DNA of 63,984 nt, counting the filler, from an uncultured bacterium (GTDB lineage Bacteria; CAZSTA01): NCBI GenBank assembly GCA_964609495.1. It is 7 parts of 7 records of this genome, joined end to end, with 100 filler letters (N's around TTAATTAATTAA, not from the genome) between each part and the next. Parts side by side here need not be neighbours in the genome. Positions count along the whole stretch, not along the records: positions 1 to 9,240 come from CAZSTA010000149.1; 6 more parts are not named here. One strand, 5' to 3'. A model generated the notes under the pieces. The model made no database searches, was not told where the DNA came from, and was given only the letters and a program-made list of their open reading frames with translations. Of the stretch, positions 1 through 9,340 are shown in pieces. How positions within the stretch are numbered: the first letter of the stretch is position 1; every line of letters begins with the position of its first letter. A program made the translations under genes and the position numbers.

Positions 1-1163
1 ATAGTGAAGATCTCGTCTTCCAGAAGGACCTCCAGATCACGATCGAATATCTCCTTCTTCTTATCCGCTAAGACTTTGAAGTGCTCAAAGGCTCTATTCA
101 GCTTCTCAGCATCGAGCGAATAGCCCATCTCCTCCAACCTGGCGGCGAAAGCATGTCGTCCAGAGTGCTTGCCCAACACCAATTTGCTCTCTCCTACTCC
201 CACCGCCTCGACGTCCATTATCTCATAGGTTCTCTTATCAGAGAGGACTCCGTGCTGATGGATGCCTGCCTCGTGGGCGAAAGCGTTGCTTCCGACAACA
301 GCCTTATTAGGCTGGACTACGATTCCCGTCAAATTGCTCACCAGACGGCTGGCGCGGTAGATCTCCTTCGTATCGATATTGGTCTTCTTGTCGAAGAAAT
401 CCTCTCTCGTCTTGAGGGCCATCACTACCTCTTCTAAAGCGGCATTACCAGCGCGCTCTCCAAGACCGTTAATTGTGCACTCGATCTGTCCAGCACCATT
501 AGCCACCGCGGCTAACGAATTGGCAACAGCCAGGCCAAGATCGTTGTGGCAGTGAACACTTATGATGGCTTTATCTATATTAGGGACCTTCTCCTTAATA
601 TCAGCGATTAATTTTCCGAACTCAAGGGGAGTCTGATATCCCACCGTATCGGGGATATTAACCACAGTCGCTCCAGCCTCGATCACTGCCTCCACCACCT
701 CGAAGAGGAACTGATGTTCAGTTCTTCCCGCATCCTCTGGCGAAAATTCCACATCCTCAGTGTAACTCTTAGCCAATTGAACCGCCTCGACTGCGGCCTT
801 CAATACCTCCTCCGGCTTCATCTTCAGCTTCCTCTCCATATGGATGGGGGAGGTAGCTATAAAGGTATGAATACGCGGTTTAGCTGAGACTTTGACGGCT
901 TCCCAGGCCCGATCGATATCCACCTTCTTAGCCCGAGCTAATCCCGCGATTATCGGTCCCTCGATCTCCGTGGCGATCATCCTCACCGCCTCGAAATCTC
1001 CTGGTGAGGCGATAGGGAAACCAGCTTCTATTATATCAACCTTCAGCTTAGCCAATTGTCTAGCGACCTGCATCTTCTCATCTGTATTCAAACTCGCTCC
1101 CGGAGATTGTTCTCCATCTCTCAAAGTAGTATCGAAAATTTGAATTATATTCTTGTCTTTCAA
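1..1163 (-). CDS. leuA: 2-isopropylmalate synthase, 3' end outside window (not in ORF track)
   Basis: Manual translation from TTG at 1163 (RBS AAAGGAGG) gives [22 protein letters not shown]...EAGFP...[10 protein letters not shown]...PDTVG...[11 protein letters not shown]...[10 protein letters not shown], the DRE-TIM LeuA motifs. A Leu T-box lies upstream. Confidence 0.95.
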   Translation of the reverse strand, partial: MKDKNIIQIFDTTLRDGEQSPGASLNTDEKMQVARQLAKLKVDIIEAGFPIASPGDFEAVRMIATEIEGPIIAGLARAKKVDIDRAWEAVKVSAKPRIHTFIATSPIHMERKLKMKPEEVLKAAVEAVQLAKSYTEDVEFSPEDAGRTEHQFLFEVVEAVIEAGATVVNIPDTVGYQTPLEFGKLIADIKEKVPNIDKAIISVHCHNDLGLAVANSLAAVANGAGQIECTINGLGERAGNAALEEVVMALKTREDFFDKKTNIDTKEIYRASRLVSNLTGIVVQPNKAVVGSNAFAHEAGIHQHGVLSDKRTYEIMDVEAVGVGESKLVLGKHSGRHAFAARLEEMGYSLDAEKLNRAFEHFKVLADKKKEIFDRDLEVLLEDEIFT

Positions 1164-1196
1164 TTTTTTTCCTCCTTTCAATTTTTTCCATATCTC

Positions 1197-1259
1197 TCAG
1201 GCTATATATAAACCACCTAGGTCAGCTTCCAAATCGACCACCCCCTCGTTCATAACCAT
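1197..1259 (-). CDS. putative 20-aa peptide (MVMNEGVVDLEADLGGLYIA) between T-box terminator and leuA
   Basis: ATG preceded by strong RBS AAGGTGAGGAGG, TGA stop; no recognisable family. Confidence 0.3.
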   Translation of the reverse strand: MVMNEGVVDLEADLGGLYIA

Positions 1260-1282
1260 TATTCCTCCTCACCTTTAAAAAC

Positions 1283-1585
1283 AAAAAAACCCTCGTTCCA
1301 TCTCTGGGACGAGGGATTATCATCACCCGTGGTACCACCCACGTTCGTTGACATCTCGCGATGCCAACCTCACCAGGTACGGAGTCCTAAGTTACAGGAC
1401 TTTATACCCCAGCGCTGTAACGGGCGCCTCGATCTAATAAGATCTCCCGGCCCAACCTACTTGAGCGTTCCGCTCTTTCAGCCTACAGTTCAGGAGGGAG
1501 TCAGCCTATCCCCTTCAGCATCGGCTCTCAGCAAATACCGACTCTCTGTAGCTGAGCTAATAGACCTACTATCTCCATCATTACC
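1283..1585 (-). promoter_or_regulatory. T-box riboswitch (Leu specifier CUC) controlling leuA
   Basis: Stem I contains AGTA, AGAGA and GCTGAGAG boxes and a CTC specifier at 1498-1500. T-box GGGTGGTACCACGG at 1327-1340. Terminator CCCTCGTCCC-AGAGAT-GGAACGAGGG plus U-tract at 1283-1315. Confidence 0.92.
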
Positions 1586-1613
1586 TTTATTCTTATATCC
1601 AACTACCACCTAT

Positions 1614-1642
1614 AGTATATCAGAAAAGTTGGATATTGTCAA
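1614..1642 (-). promoter_or_regulatory. sigma70/sigA promoter of the T-box-leuA unit
   Basis: TTGACA-N17-TATACT with TG extended -10. Confidence 0.8.
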
Positions 1643-1691
1643 TAGCTATTATGAAAAAATTTTTAAAATTATCAAGGAATTTCTCCTCCCT

Positions 1692-1718
1692 TGAAACTTT
1701 TCTTTCCCTAGATGTCTA
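1692..1718 (+). promoter_or_regulatory. candidate ECF-sigma promoter upstream of the methyltransferase/ECF operon
   Basis: TGAAAC-N16-GTCT resembles AAC/GTC ECF promoters and lies upstream of an ECF gene. Confidence 0.45.
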
Positions 1719-1867
1719 TTTAATAAGTGAATACAGTTGTAACATAAGAAGACGCAACTAGAGAATAAATGGTAACACATAACTAGGAGGGAACTATCAT
1801 AGATAAACCAGAATCTAATTGGACAGGGGCTACCTCTTTTCCAGAACCCAATTTTCATTTCAAAGTT

Positions 1868-2365
1868 ATGTCTTTCACCTACAAATTTCGGGATCTCTTC
1901 TCACCCCGCAAGAATATCTTGAAGGAAGTGGGGATAAGACCAGGGTTTCATATACTCGATTATGGCTGTGGTCCGGGGGGATATATAACGGCTACTGCGG
2001 AATTTGTGGGCAAATCAGGGAAAATTTACGCCCTGGATATCCATCCACTTGCAATTCAGATGGTTCAGAGTATCGCTTCAAAAAAGCAACTGACGAATGT
2101 GGAAACCATTTGTTCCGATTGCAAAACTGGATTGCCAGATAATAGTATAGATGTAGTTCTATTATATGATACCTTTCACATCTTGGGTGACCCAAATGAA
2201 GTACTGGAAGAGTTACATCGAGTATTAAAACCAAATGGAATCCTATCCTTCAGTGATCATCATATGAAAGAAAATGAAATAGTGGCTGAGGTAACAAATA
2301 GCGGATTGTTTAGGCTATCGAGAAAAGGCAAAAGAACGTATAGTTTCTTGAAAGAGGAACAGTAA
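1868..2365 (+). CDS. class I SAM-dependent methyltransferase (frame is open upstream to ATA at 1799)
   Basis: ILDYGCGPG motif I, YALDI motif II, SIDVVLL, RVLKPNG. Confidence 0.88.
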   Translation: MSFTYKFRDLFSPRKNILKEVGIRPGFHILDYGCGPGGYITATAEFVGKSGKIYALDIHPLAIQMVQSIASKKQLTNVETICSDCKTGLPDNSIDVVLLYDTFHILGDPNEVLEELHRVLKPNGILSFSDHHMKENEIVAEVTNSGLFRLSRKGKRTYSFLKEEQ

Positions 2366-2432
2366 GGGCGACTCCATACAACATATTATTAGAAGAATCG
2401 CCCATCACGTAGCTGTAATAAGGAATTTTAAG

Positions 2433-3044
2433 GTGAAATTTGAGGACGAATATCTCTTAGTCAGCGAATGCCAAAGGGGAAACGAAATAGCTTGGGCCGA
2501 ATTAATAGATCGCTACAAGGGGCTGATCTATAGCTTAGCCTATCGTTTACTTCACGATAAAGGGGAAGCTGAGGATGTCCTTCAGGAGACATTCTTAACC
2601 CTGTTTCGCTCCTTTCGTACCTTTCGCAGTGAATACAAGCTTCTTCCCTGGCTGAGCAAGATAGCGTATAATATCTGCTTACGTCGCCTGAAGAGAAAAC
2701 TTCCTGAGGCTCTCTCTTTAGATGAACCTTCACAATATAATGATGATGAATATTATTATCAGTTGCCTGATGAATCTCTCGATCCAGCAGATCTCTTTAA
2801 CTCCACGGAGTTGAGAGAGCGTTTGGAGAAAGAGATAGCCGATCTTCCCATAGCCTATCGAACAGTGATAATCATGCGTCATATTCAAGATCTCTCATAT
2901 ATGGAGATAGCCGAGGCCACTAACTTGCCTATGGGAACGGTGAAGACTTACTTATTTCGTGCTAGAAGGATGTTAAGGGAAAAATTAAGCGATTGGAAAA
3001 AGGAGGAGTCTTTCCTTTTCCTACAGAATCCTTCAGGGACATAA
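2433..3044 (+). CDS. ECF RNA polymerase sigma factor (SigW-like)
   Basis: Region 2 AEDVLQETFL...WLSKIAYN; region 4 LSYMEIAEATNLPMGTVKTYLFRAR. Confidence 0.93.
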   Translation: MKFEDEYLLVSECQRGNEIAWAELIDRYKGLIYSLAYRLLHDKGEAEDVLQETFLTLFRSFRTFRSEYKLLPWLSKIAYNICLRRLKRKLPEALSLDEPSQYNDDEYYYQLPDESLDPADLFNSTELRERLEKEIADLPIAYRTVIIMRHIQDLSYMEIAEATNLPMGTVKTYLFRARRMLREKLSDWKKEESFLFLQNPSGT

Positions 3045-3057
3045 GGAGGGTCAGAAT

Positions 3058-3300
3058 ATGAACCTTAACAACAACTATTACTTAGTCGAACAACATGGAA
3101 GGGATAAATATCAGCAACTTTTACGTGAAGCTGATAGGGAAAGGATATTAAAGGGAATAAATGCGCCTTTATACCTAGCAGAAGTATTATTGAGAATACG
3201 CTTTGCTTTAGGAAAGGCTATGATTCAGTGGGGGTGGAAGCTAGCCAAAGCTAATACTCGGGAGAAGAAGTATCTCTCTTTCCTAACTGATCTCGATTAA
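3058..3300 (+). CDS. small hypothetical protein between sigma and anti-sigma
   Basis: Strong RBS TAAGGAGG, 80 aa, helical QQLLREADRERIL motif. Confidence 0.65.
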   Translation: MNLNNNYYLVEQHGRDKYQQLLREADRERILKGINAPLYLAEVLLRIRFALGKAMIQWGWKLAKANTREKKYLSFLTDLD

Positions 3301-3365
3301 ACTTGTCATCTCTTCTCAAGAAACTTCTCCTTACCCCCACTTTAATTTAGAGAGGTTATCCTAAT

Positions 3366-3893
3366 ATGAAAATGAGAATGTGTGAACTAGACCCTCGCTG
3401 GTTGCAGATATATCTGGATAAAGAATTATCTCCTGTCGAGGAACGAGCGATAGAGGAGCATCTATCCCGCTGTGAGGAATGCAAAGAGGAGTTACAATGG
3501 CTCAAGTTGACCTTTCATAATCTAGCCTCGCTCGAGACTCTACAACCCTCTCCTGATTTCACAGAACGCTTTATAGATCTCTATAGAGGGGAATGGAAGC
3601 CCTCCGAAGTAGAGAGGGATAATTCTATTAATCTCCTTCTAGGTATAGCGAAAAGCGCGCTTAGTATCTCAAGACAAGCTAGAATATACACTGGACAAGC
3701 TACATCTGTATTTACCTCCGTCTTTCGCTATATACCCTTAATCAACTCATTTAAGCTACCCACTCTTGGCTCTGCTTACGATCGAGCCATTAATATTTTG
3801 AATTGGGGAAGGCGGATAAATGATAGATTGGATTCTCTAAGACAGTTGAATTCGAGAATAAGAAGGTCGTTTATCTTCGCACTTCTAACCTAA
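3366..3893 (+). CDS. zinc-binding anti-sigma factor (zf-HC2/ZAS)
   Basis: YLDKELS...HLSRCEEC (HxxxCxxC), downstream of ECF sigma. Confidence 0.85.
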   Translation: MKMRMCELDPRWLQIYLDKELSPVEERAIEEHLSRCEECKEELQWLKLTFHNLASLETLQPSPDFTERFIDLYRGEWKPSEVERDNSINLLLGIAKSALSISRQARIYTGQATSVFTSVFRYIPLINSFKLPTLGSAYDRAINILNWGRRINDRLDSLRQLNSRIRRSFIFALLT

Positions 3894-3912
3894 AGATAAG
3901 GAGAGTTATCAA

Positions 3913-4701
3913 TTGTTATTCATATTATTTCTCATACTCAAAATAATCCTCTACATCTTTCTCTTTGTCCTTCTGCTTCTTCTTGCCATCCTCGCTATTC
4001 CCTTCGAAGCTGAGGGAACTATAAGGAAGCCAGAAGAAACTAATTTCCGCGGAGGGATTTGGGGAGGACTGTTAGGGAAAATATCAGCTCACTGGTTGGG
4101 AAGAACGTTGAATGTCAGAATACATCTGACCCGAAAAGGACAGCAGATCGAAGTTTACCTCGGCTCTTATTTGATATACAGTAAGTTCTCTCCCAAAAAG
4201 GTGCTTACTCCTGAGAAGGAAGAGGAGAAGCGTCGCCGAAAAGAGGAAAAGAAGGTGGCTAAACCTAAAAAATCTATCTTCGAACGCATCTCCTCATTAA
4301 GCGAAGGTATCGAATGGCTCGATTATCTTCCCGATATACTTAACGTTCTTGGTCGCCTCTTCAGATCACTTAAGTTGCGATTGATCTGTCGAGGAGGATT
4401 TGGGACTGGCGATCCAGCCTCTACGGGGATGCTTTATGGCTTATTCCAAGCTCTTCAAGGCGGATTTTCTGGGGTGCATCTATACCTAACTCCTAATTTT
4501 TTGAGAGCGACGTTATATGGAGAAGTCGAGCTATCCCTTCGCTTGTGGCTTGGTCAAACTGCTGGAATCTTGATAGGCTTCCTAGTGACTTCTAAAGGGA
4601 GAAAATTAATCAAAAGACTATGGGAGGAAAGGAAAAAGAGGAAGAGGGCAAAGGATAAGGTTGCCGAGGAGAATGTATTAGAGATAGGAAATGAATTTTG
4701 A
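3913..4701 (+). CDS. DUF2953/YtfI-like membrane-anchored protein
   Basis: N-terminal TM segment, FGTGDPASTGMLYG motif, directly upstream of ytfJ. Confidence 0.8.
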   Translation: MLFILFLILKIILYIFLFVLLLLLAILAIPFEAEGTIRKPEETNFRGGIWGGLLGKISAHWLGRTLNVRIHLTRKGQQIEVYLGSYLIYSKFSPKKVLTPEKEEEKRRRKEEKKVAKPKKSIFERISSLSEGIEWLDYLPDILNVLGRLFRSLKLRLICRGGFGTGDPASTGMLYGLFQALQGGFSGVHLYLTPNFLRATLYGEVELSLRLWLGQTAGILIGFLVTSKGRKLIKRLWEERKKRKRAKDKVAEENVLEIGNEF

Positions 4702-4738
4702 TCTTCAAATTTCCAAAACGAAAGGAGGATGTTTATAA

Positions 4739-5131
4739 ATGGCTGCTATGGTAAAGGATTTTTTGGAGACTCTTCTAAATGAGTTAAAGACCGTAGCCAA
4801 GACGGAGACCATCTTCGGAGAGCCGATTCAGGTGGGAGATAGAACCTTTATCCCCGTCAGCAAAGTTACGTTGGGTCTTGGAGCTGGTGGGGGAGAAGGT
4901 GAAGCACCTGAAGAGCATGGCAAGAAAGTCGGAGGTGGAGGCGTCGGCGGTGGCGGTGGTGTCAGCGTTAATCCTATAGCTGTTATCGTCATCGATGCTG
5001 AGGGTGTAAAAGCCCTATCTTTCGGCAAGGGAGCAGGTTGGGAGAAGTTGATTGAGGCCGTCCCTACTCTGCTGGGAAAGATAAAGGAAATGAAGGAAGC
5101 CAAGGAGGCTAAAGCCGAAGGAGAAGAGTAA
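4739..5131 (+). CDS. ytfJ: GerW/YtfJ family protein
   Basis: TETIFGEPI...IPVSKVTLGLGAGGG...GGGGGVSVNPIAVIV. Confidence 0.9.
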   Translation: MAAMVKDFLETLLNELKTVAKTETIFGEPIQVGDRTFIPVSKVTLGLGAGGGEGEAPEEHGKKVGGGGVGGGGGVSVNPIAVIVIDAEGVKALSFGKGAGWEKLIEAVPTLLGKIKEMKEAKEAKAEGEE

Positions 5132-5144
5132 CCAGGAAACTCTA

Positions 5145-5184
5145 AGAGGGTCGGATCGATCATAGATCCGACCCTCTTTTCTTT
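5145..5184. terminator. intrinsic terminator between convergent genes
   Basis: AGAGGGTCGGATC-GATCATA-GATCCGACCCTCT followed by T-tract. Confidence 0.8.
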
Positions 5185-5229
5185 AATCCTCAAGCTATAA
5201 TTAGCCTATAGCTATTTTTCGCTTGGACC

Positions 5230-6012
5230 TTAACCCTCCTGTATCTTTTCATATCTAATTTTAAGCCACATAAAGAACCAGAGGAAAGCACAGAGGATAA
5301 AGTAATACATAATGCTCACTATCCAGAAGGGCACTTTGTGGCCAAAGAGCGGGATCATATTGCTATCTCGACTGAAGATGGAGTTCAGAGCCGCAAAGGG
5401 GTTAAGATATAGGAAGCGGAAAGCGGGAGGTGAAGCGAGCATTTGAGCTTTCTTAGGATCTAGTAACGCCGTTCCTAGGAGGAAAAAGATCAGTAAGGCA
5501 TAGTGGGTAAGGGAAGCCTGCAATGGACCTTGAAGCATTATTGAGCAGAAAGTCCCTATCGTGCCAAAGATTATGGCGAAGGCAAAGAGAAGGATATAGA
5601 CGATGAATAAGCTATTTACTGTTGTTCCTGTGACGATGGCGGTAACGAAAGCCAAAGGTAAAGAGGAGATGAGAAGAACCAAGATCTCCAACACCGGGGA
5701 GGTTATACGTCTGAAGACTATAGTCGTAGGACTTAAATACTTGATCGGCATTTCGCTCTCATCTTCTTCATCCAAGGGTATATCCCCTGAGGTAAGGGCG
5801 GAGCTAAGATAGGTTACTAGAAGTAGCTGAGAATATATGAGGATCAACCAGGTGATCGGGCGATTGCTATCTCCTACCCTTTGATTATGAGGCCAAGTGG
5901 CGAAGAGGAGGAAGGATAGGATTATAAGATAAGCTAGTTGTATCTCAAAAGCTCGATGACTTAAGATTCTATTTCTGAAGTTATCGAGCAAGGTCGGAAT
6001 CCTCTTTCTCAT
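5230..6012 (-). CDS. multi-pass membrane protein, ABC-2 permease-like
   Basis: About 6 hydrophobic segments and YLNPFAAL motif. Confidence 0.6.
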   Translation of the reverse strand: MRKRIPTLLDNFRNRILSHRAFEIQLAYLIILSFLLFATWPHNQRVGDSNRPITWLILIYSQLLLVTYLSSALTSGDIPLDEEDESEMPIKYLSPTTIVFRRITSPVLEILVLLISSLPLAFVTAIVTGTTVNSLFIVYILLFAFAIIFGTIGTFCSIMLQGPLQASLTHYALLIFFLLGTALLDPKKAQMLASPPAFRFLYLNPFAALNSIFSRDSNMIPLFGHKVPFWIVSIMYYFILCAFLWFFMWLKIRYEKIQEG

Positions 6013-6069
6013 TTTAATTCTCTCCCTATATTTAATGTTATCTCATTTTTAGATTAATATGTCAAGCAA

Positions 6070-6984
6070 TTACTCTGGGATAAAATGTGGGACAGAGATC
6101 ATACCTTTATTTTTTACCTTCTCCTGAAGTTGAGTTCTCAAATGCTTTGTATCCTCTCTGATTATTACCTCAAACTCAGCTTCTTCTCTGAATAAAGCGG
6201 GCTGGTTTATTTTTAACTTTTCCTTAACGATATCTAATAATTCCAAGTCAATTTCATAACCAACACACTTCCTACCTAATTCTGAGGCTACTTTTAAGGT
6301 AGTTCCTGACCCCATAAACGGATCTAAAACAGTTTCTCCTTTGTAAGAAAATAATTTTATTAGCCTATAGGGGATTTCATCCGGAAAAGCGGCTATTCCC
6401 TTTTCCAATCTGTTATTAATAGGAAGAACATTTGTTATATTCCATACATTCAGATACCATTTCTCCTTTTGGAATGTGTCTATATCAACTTTTGATTCTT
6501 CTTTAATTTCTCTGGGAATTATTTTATAATTGAAATCACCATTTTGGAAGATCAGGATGGATTCCTGTAAATTATCTGGATAGTAATACATTGGATAAGG
6601 ATGCTGTAATAGGACTCCACTTCTTCTACTTATACGAATATATCCTTCTGGCTTTAGCCAAACTATCTTTTCTCTATATTTAAAGCCCTCCTCTATAAAT
6701 ATCTTTGTTACGTCTGCAACTACAGGATACTTTCTCCCCTTAATTAGAGTATCATCAACAACAAAAGCCGCAATTCTTCCCTCATCAAGAACTCTTTTCA
6801 ATTCCCGTCCTGTATTCCTGATCAATTCTATGAATTGATCATAACTTTCAAATAAACCAGGATAGTCAAAAGGAGCATTAAAATAAGGTGGAGATGTTAC
6901 AACTAAGTGAATACTATTATCTTCCAACTCCTTCATATTTTGACAATCACCAAAGATTATTTTATTTTTCCACTTATCTCTCAC
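6070..6984 (-). CDS. orphan site-specific DNA methyltransferase (N4/N6 family, beta class)
   Basis: VTSPPY precedes DPFMGSGTT; AT-richer than flanks. Confidence 0.92.
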   Translation of the reverse strand: MRDKWKNKIIFGDCQNMKELEDNSIHLVVTSPPYFNAPFDYPGLFESYDQFIELIRNTGRELKRVLDEGRIAAFVVDDTLIKGRKYPVVADVTKIFIEEGFKYREKIVWLKPEGYIRISRRSGVLLQHPYPMYYYPDNLQESILIFQNGDFNYKIIPREIKEESKVDIDTFQKEKWYLNVWNITNVLPINNRLEKGIAAFPDEIPYRLIKLFSYKGETVLDPFMGSGTTLKVASELGRKCVGYEIDLELLDIVKEKLKINQPALFREEAEFEVIIREDTKHLRTQLQEKVKNKGMISVPHFIPE

Positions 6985-7054
6985 CTTATTAGTCTCCTAT
7001 TTTCTGTATGCACAACTTAACCTGGTGAATATGCCGCATCTCTGGAATAGACCT

Positions 7055-9103
7055 TTATAAGCAGGCTTCTTCATATCCCAACTCACAAGCCTTATCCCAA
7101 TCCTCAACAGCTTTATCGAGCTCGTTCATCTCTCCATAAATTACCCCTCGCTGATAGTAGGCCTCGGCATAATCCGGCTTCAACTCCAAGGCTTTGGTAT
7201 AATCCGCTATCGCCTTATCATACTTCTTGAGCTTTCTCTGGACTAAGCCTCGGTTGTAATAGGCATCTGCATAATCGGGTTTTAATTCGACAAACTTGTT
7301 ATAATCCTCAAGGGTGGCTTCATAATCCGTCAACTGATAATTAGCCCAACCTCGATTATAATAAGCTTCTACGTAGTCAGGTTTAAGCTCTAAGGCTTTG
7401 GTATAATCGAGGGCTGAGTTCTCATATTCTCCCAGCTGACCATAGGCGATAGCTCGGTTGAAGTAACATTCAGCATAATTGGAGTTGATACTCAGAGCCT
7501 TAGTATAATCATCTATCGCTTTCTCATTTTGGTCTAGTTCTCGATAAATTATTCCTCGATTGTTGTAGGCCTCGGCTAAATTCGGATCGAGTTGCAAAGC
7601 CTTGGTATAATCCGCTATCGCCTCGTTATGATTTTTCATAGTCTGGTAGAGCCAACCTCGCTTGAAGTAAGCTTGAGCATAGTTAGGTCTGAGCTCTAAG
7701 AATTGGGTATAGGCCGCTAAGGCCTCCAGATACTTTCTCTGAGTATAATATATATCTCCCTTCTTGTAATATACCTCTGCCCGATCTGGGTCTAAACTCA
7801 GAACCTTCGCATAGTCCTCTAAAGCTTTACCATCCTCTCCCTGGATATAGTAGATATCACCTCGATTATTATAGGCATCAATATAATTGGAGTCTAAGCT
7901 AATAGCCTCATTATAGTCGGATATCGCTTTTTCGTAATCCTCTTCAATATGGTGGATCAGACCGCGATGATAGTAAACCTCAGCGAACTTTAGATTCTGC
8001 TTGAGAGCATCATCGAAATCGCTGAGGGCTCTATCGTAATCCCCTAGCTTATAGTAGAGGAGGCCTCTCTTATAGTAGCTCTCAGCGTTATCTGGATTCA
8101 ATCTCAAGGCTTTGGAATAGTCAGCCAAGGCTCTATTATACTCCCCTAGCTTCTCGTGGGCAAGACCACGATTGTAATAGATCAATTCGTTCTCCATACC
8201 ATGCTGAATAGCTTGGGTATAGTCGTTTATCGCCTCTCCATACTTATTCATCTTACTAAAGGTAACTCCTCGATTATAATAAGCTTCCGCATCTTCAGGA
8301 TCGATCTCTAGAGCGGCACTATAATCAACTAATGCTTCAGAGTATTTACCTAGCTCATCATAGACCCAACCTCGGTTATAATAAGCTTCCGCATATTTCG
8401 GATTCAATTCTAAAGCTTTAGTATAGTCTGCTATAGCGTCCTCATATCTTCCCAGCTTTCTATATACTACCCCTCGATTGAAGTGGGATTCTGTATGATC
8501 GGGTTTGATCCCCAGAGCTTTATTATAGCTTTCCAGAGCCTCCTTATACTTTCCTAAGCGGTCATACAGCCAACCTCGGCTATAGTAAGCTTGAACATAA
8601 TCTGGTTTCAAAATAACTGCTTTGAGATAATCGGCTAGAGCTTCATCATATTTCTCTAGCTTTTCGTAAAGGATCCCTCGGTTATAATAAGCTTCTGGCT
8701 CCTCTGGCTCAAGCTCAATATATCTGTTATAGTCAGCCAACGCCTTCTCATAATCCCCAAGTTGATAGTAAACGTTTCCTCTATTGTTATAGGCTTTAGC
8801 CTCCTGGGGATTCAATCTCAAAGCATTATTGTAATCATCAAGAGCCTCCTTATACTTTCCTACTTTAAAGTGGGCGAGTCCTCGATTATAATAAGCTTCG
8901 ACGTAATCTGGTTTAAGTTCCAAGGCTTTAGTAAATTCAACTAGAGCTTTGAGATAGTCTCCTTGATTGTAGTAATCTACCCCTTGATTCAAGTTCTTAG
9001 TAGCTCGATAGGTGCTTTCGTCCATCTCTTGAGAACTCACAGAATTCAAGGTTAAAGAGATTGTTATGAATAGCAGAAGAAGGAATCCAATTTTGTATCT
9101 CAT
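7055..9103 (-). CDS. exported all-TPR protein (~19 repeats)
   Basis: Signal peptide followed by 34-aa AYYNRG...ALELKP repeats. Confidence 0.92.
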   Translation of the reverse strand: MRYKIGFLLLLFITISLTLNSVSSQEMDESTYRATKNLNQGVDYYNQGDYLKALVEFTKALELKPDYVEAYYNRGLAHFKVGKYKEALDDYNNALRLNPQEAKAYNNRGNVYYQLGDYEKALADYNRYIELEPEEPEAYYNRGILYEKLEKYDEALADYLKAVILKPDYVQAYYSRGWLYDRLGKYKEALESYNKALGIKPDHTESHFNRGVVYRKLGRYEDAIADYTKALELNPKYAEAYYNRGWVYDELGKYSEALVDYSAALEIDPEDAEAYYNRGVTFSKMNKYGEAINDYTQAIQHGMENELIYYNRGLAHEKLGEYNRALADYSKALRLNPDNAESYYKRGLLYYKLGDYDRALSDFDDALKQNLKFAEVYYHRGLIHHIEEDYEKAISDYNEAISLDSNYIDAYNNRGDIYYIQGEDGKALEDYAKVLSLDPDRAEVYYKKGDIYYTQRKYLEALAAYTQFLELRPNYAQAYFKRGWLYQTMKNHNEAIADYTKALQLDPNLAEAYNNRGIIYRELDQNEKAIDDYTKALSINSNYAECYFNRAIAYGQLGEYENSALDYTKALELKPDYVEAYYNRGWANYQLTDYEATLEDYNKFVELKPDYADAYYNRGLVQRKLKKYDKAIADYTKALELKPDYAEAYYQRGVIYGEMNELDKAVEDWDKACELGYEEACL

Positions 9104-9240
9104 CCCTGATCAACCTCTCCTTTTCCAATTTAGAATTAAGCGTTATTTGTGATCTAATTAGACCTTCCAGAACCTTAGCAGTCGATACCTTATTTATTAT
9201 ACTATATTACTCGATTTTTCGCAAATCAAAATTGGAAGCG

Positions 9241-9340
9241 NNNNNNNNNNNNNNNNNNNNNNNNNNNNNNNNNNNNNNNNNNNNTTAATTAATTAANNNN
9301 NNNNNNNNNNNNNNNNNNNNNNNNNNNNNNNNNNNNNNNN
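9241..9340. other. artificial contig linker (also 18535-18634, 27756-27855, 36860-36959, 45960-46059, 55043-55142)
   Basis: 100-nt N-TTAATTAATTAA-N spacer with stops in all six frames. Confidence 0.99.

Noticed and set aside
81..1694. Plus-strand ORFs 81-437, 892-1143 and 1329-1694
   Set aside because: Antisense shadows of leuA and its T-box leader.
2366..2403. GGGCGACTC...GAATCGCCC hairpin after the methyltransferase (REP- or attC-like)
   Set aside because: Single, short, imperfect copy with no GTTRRRY core in the right position.
9285..9296. Recurring TTAATTAATTAA motif and ORFs ending in X-runs
   Set aside because: Artificial linker; the stops it supplies are not real gene ends.
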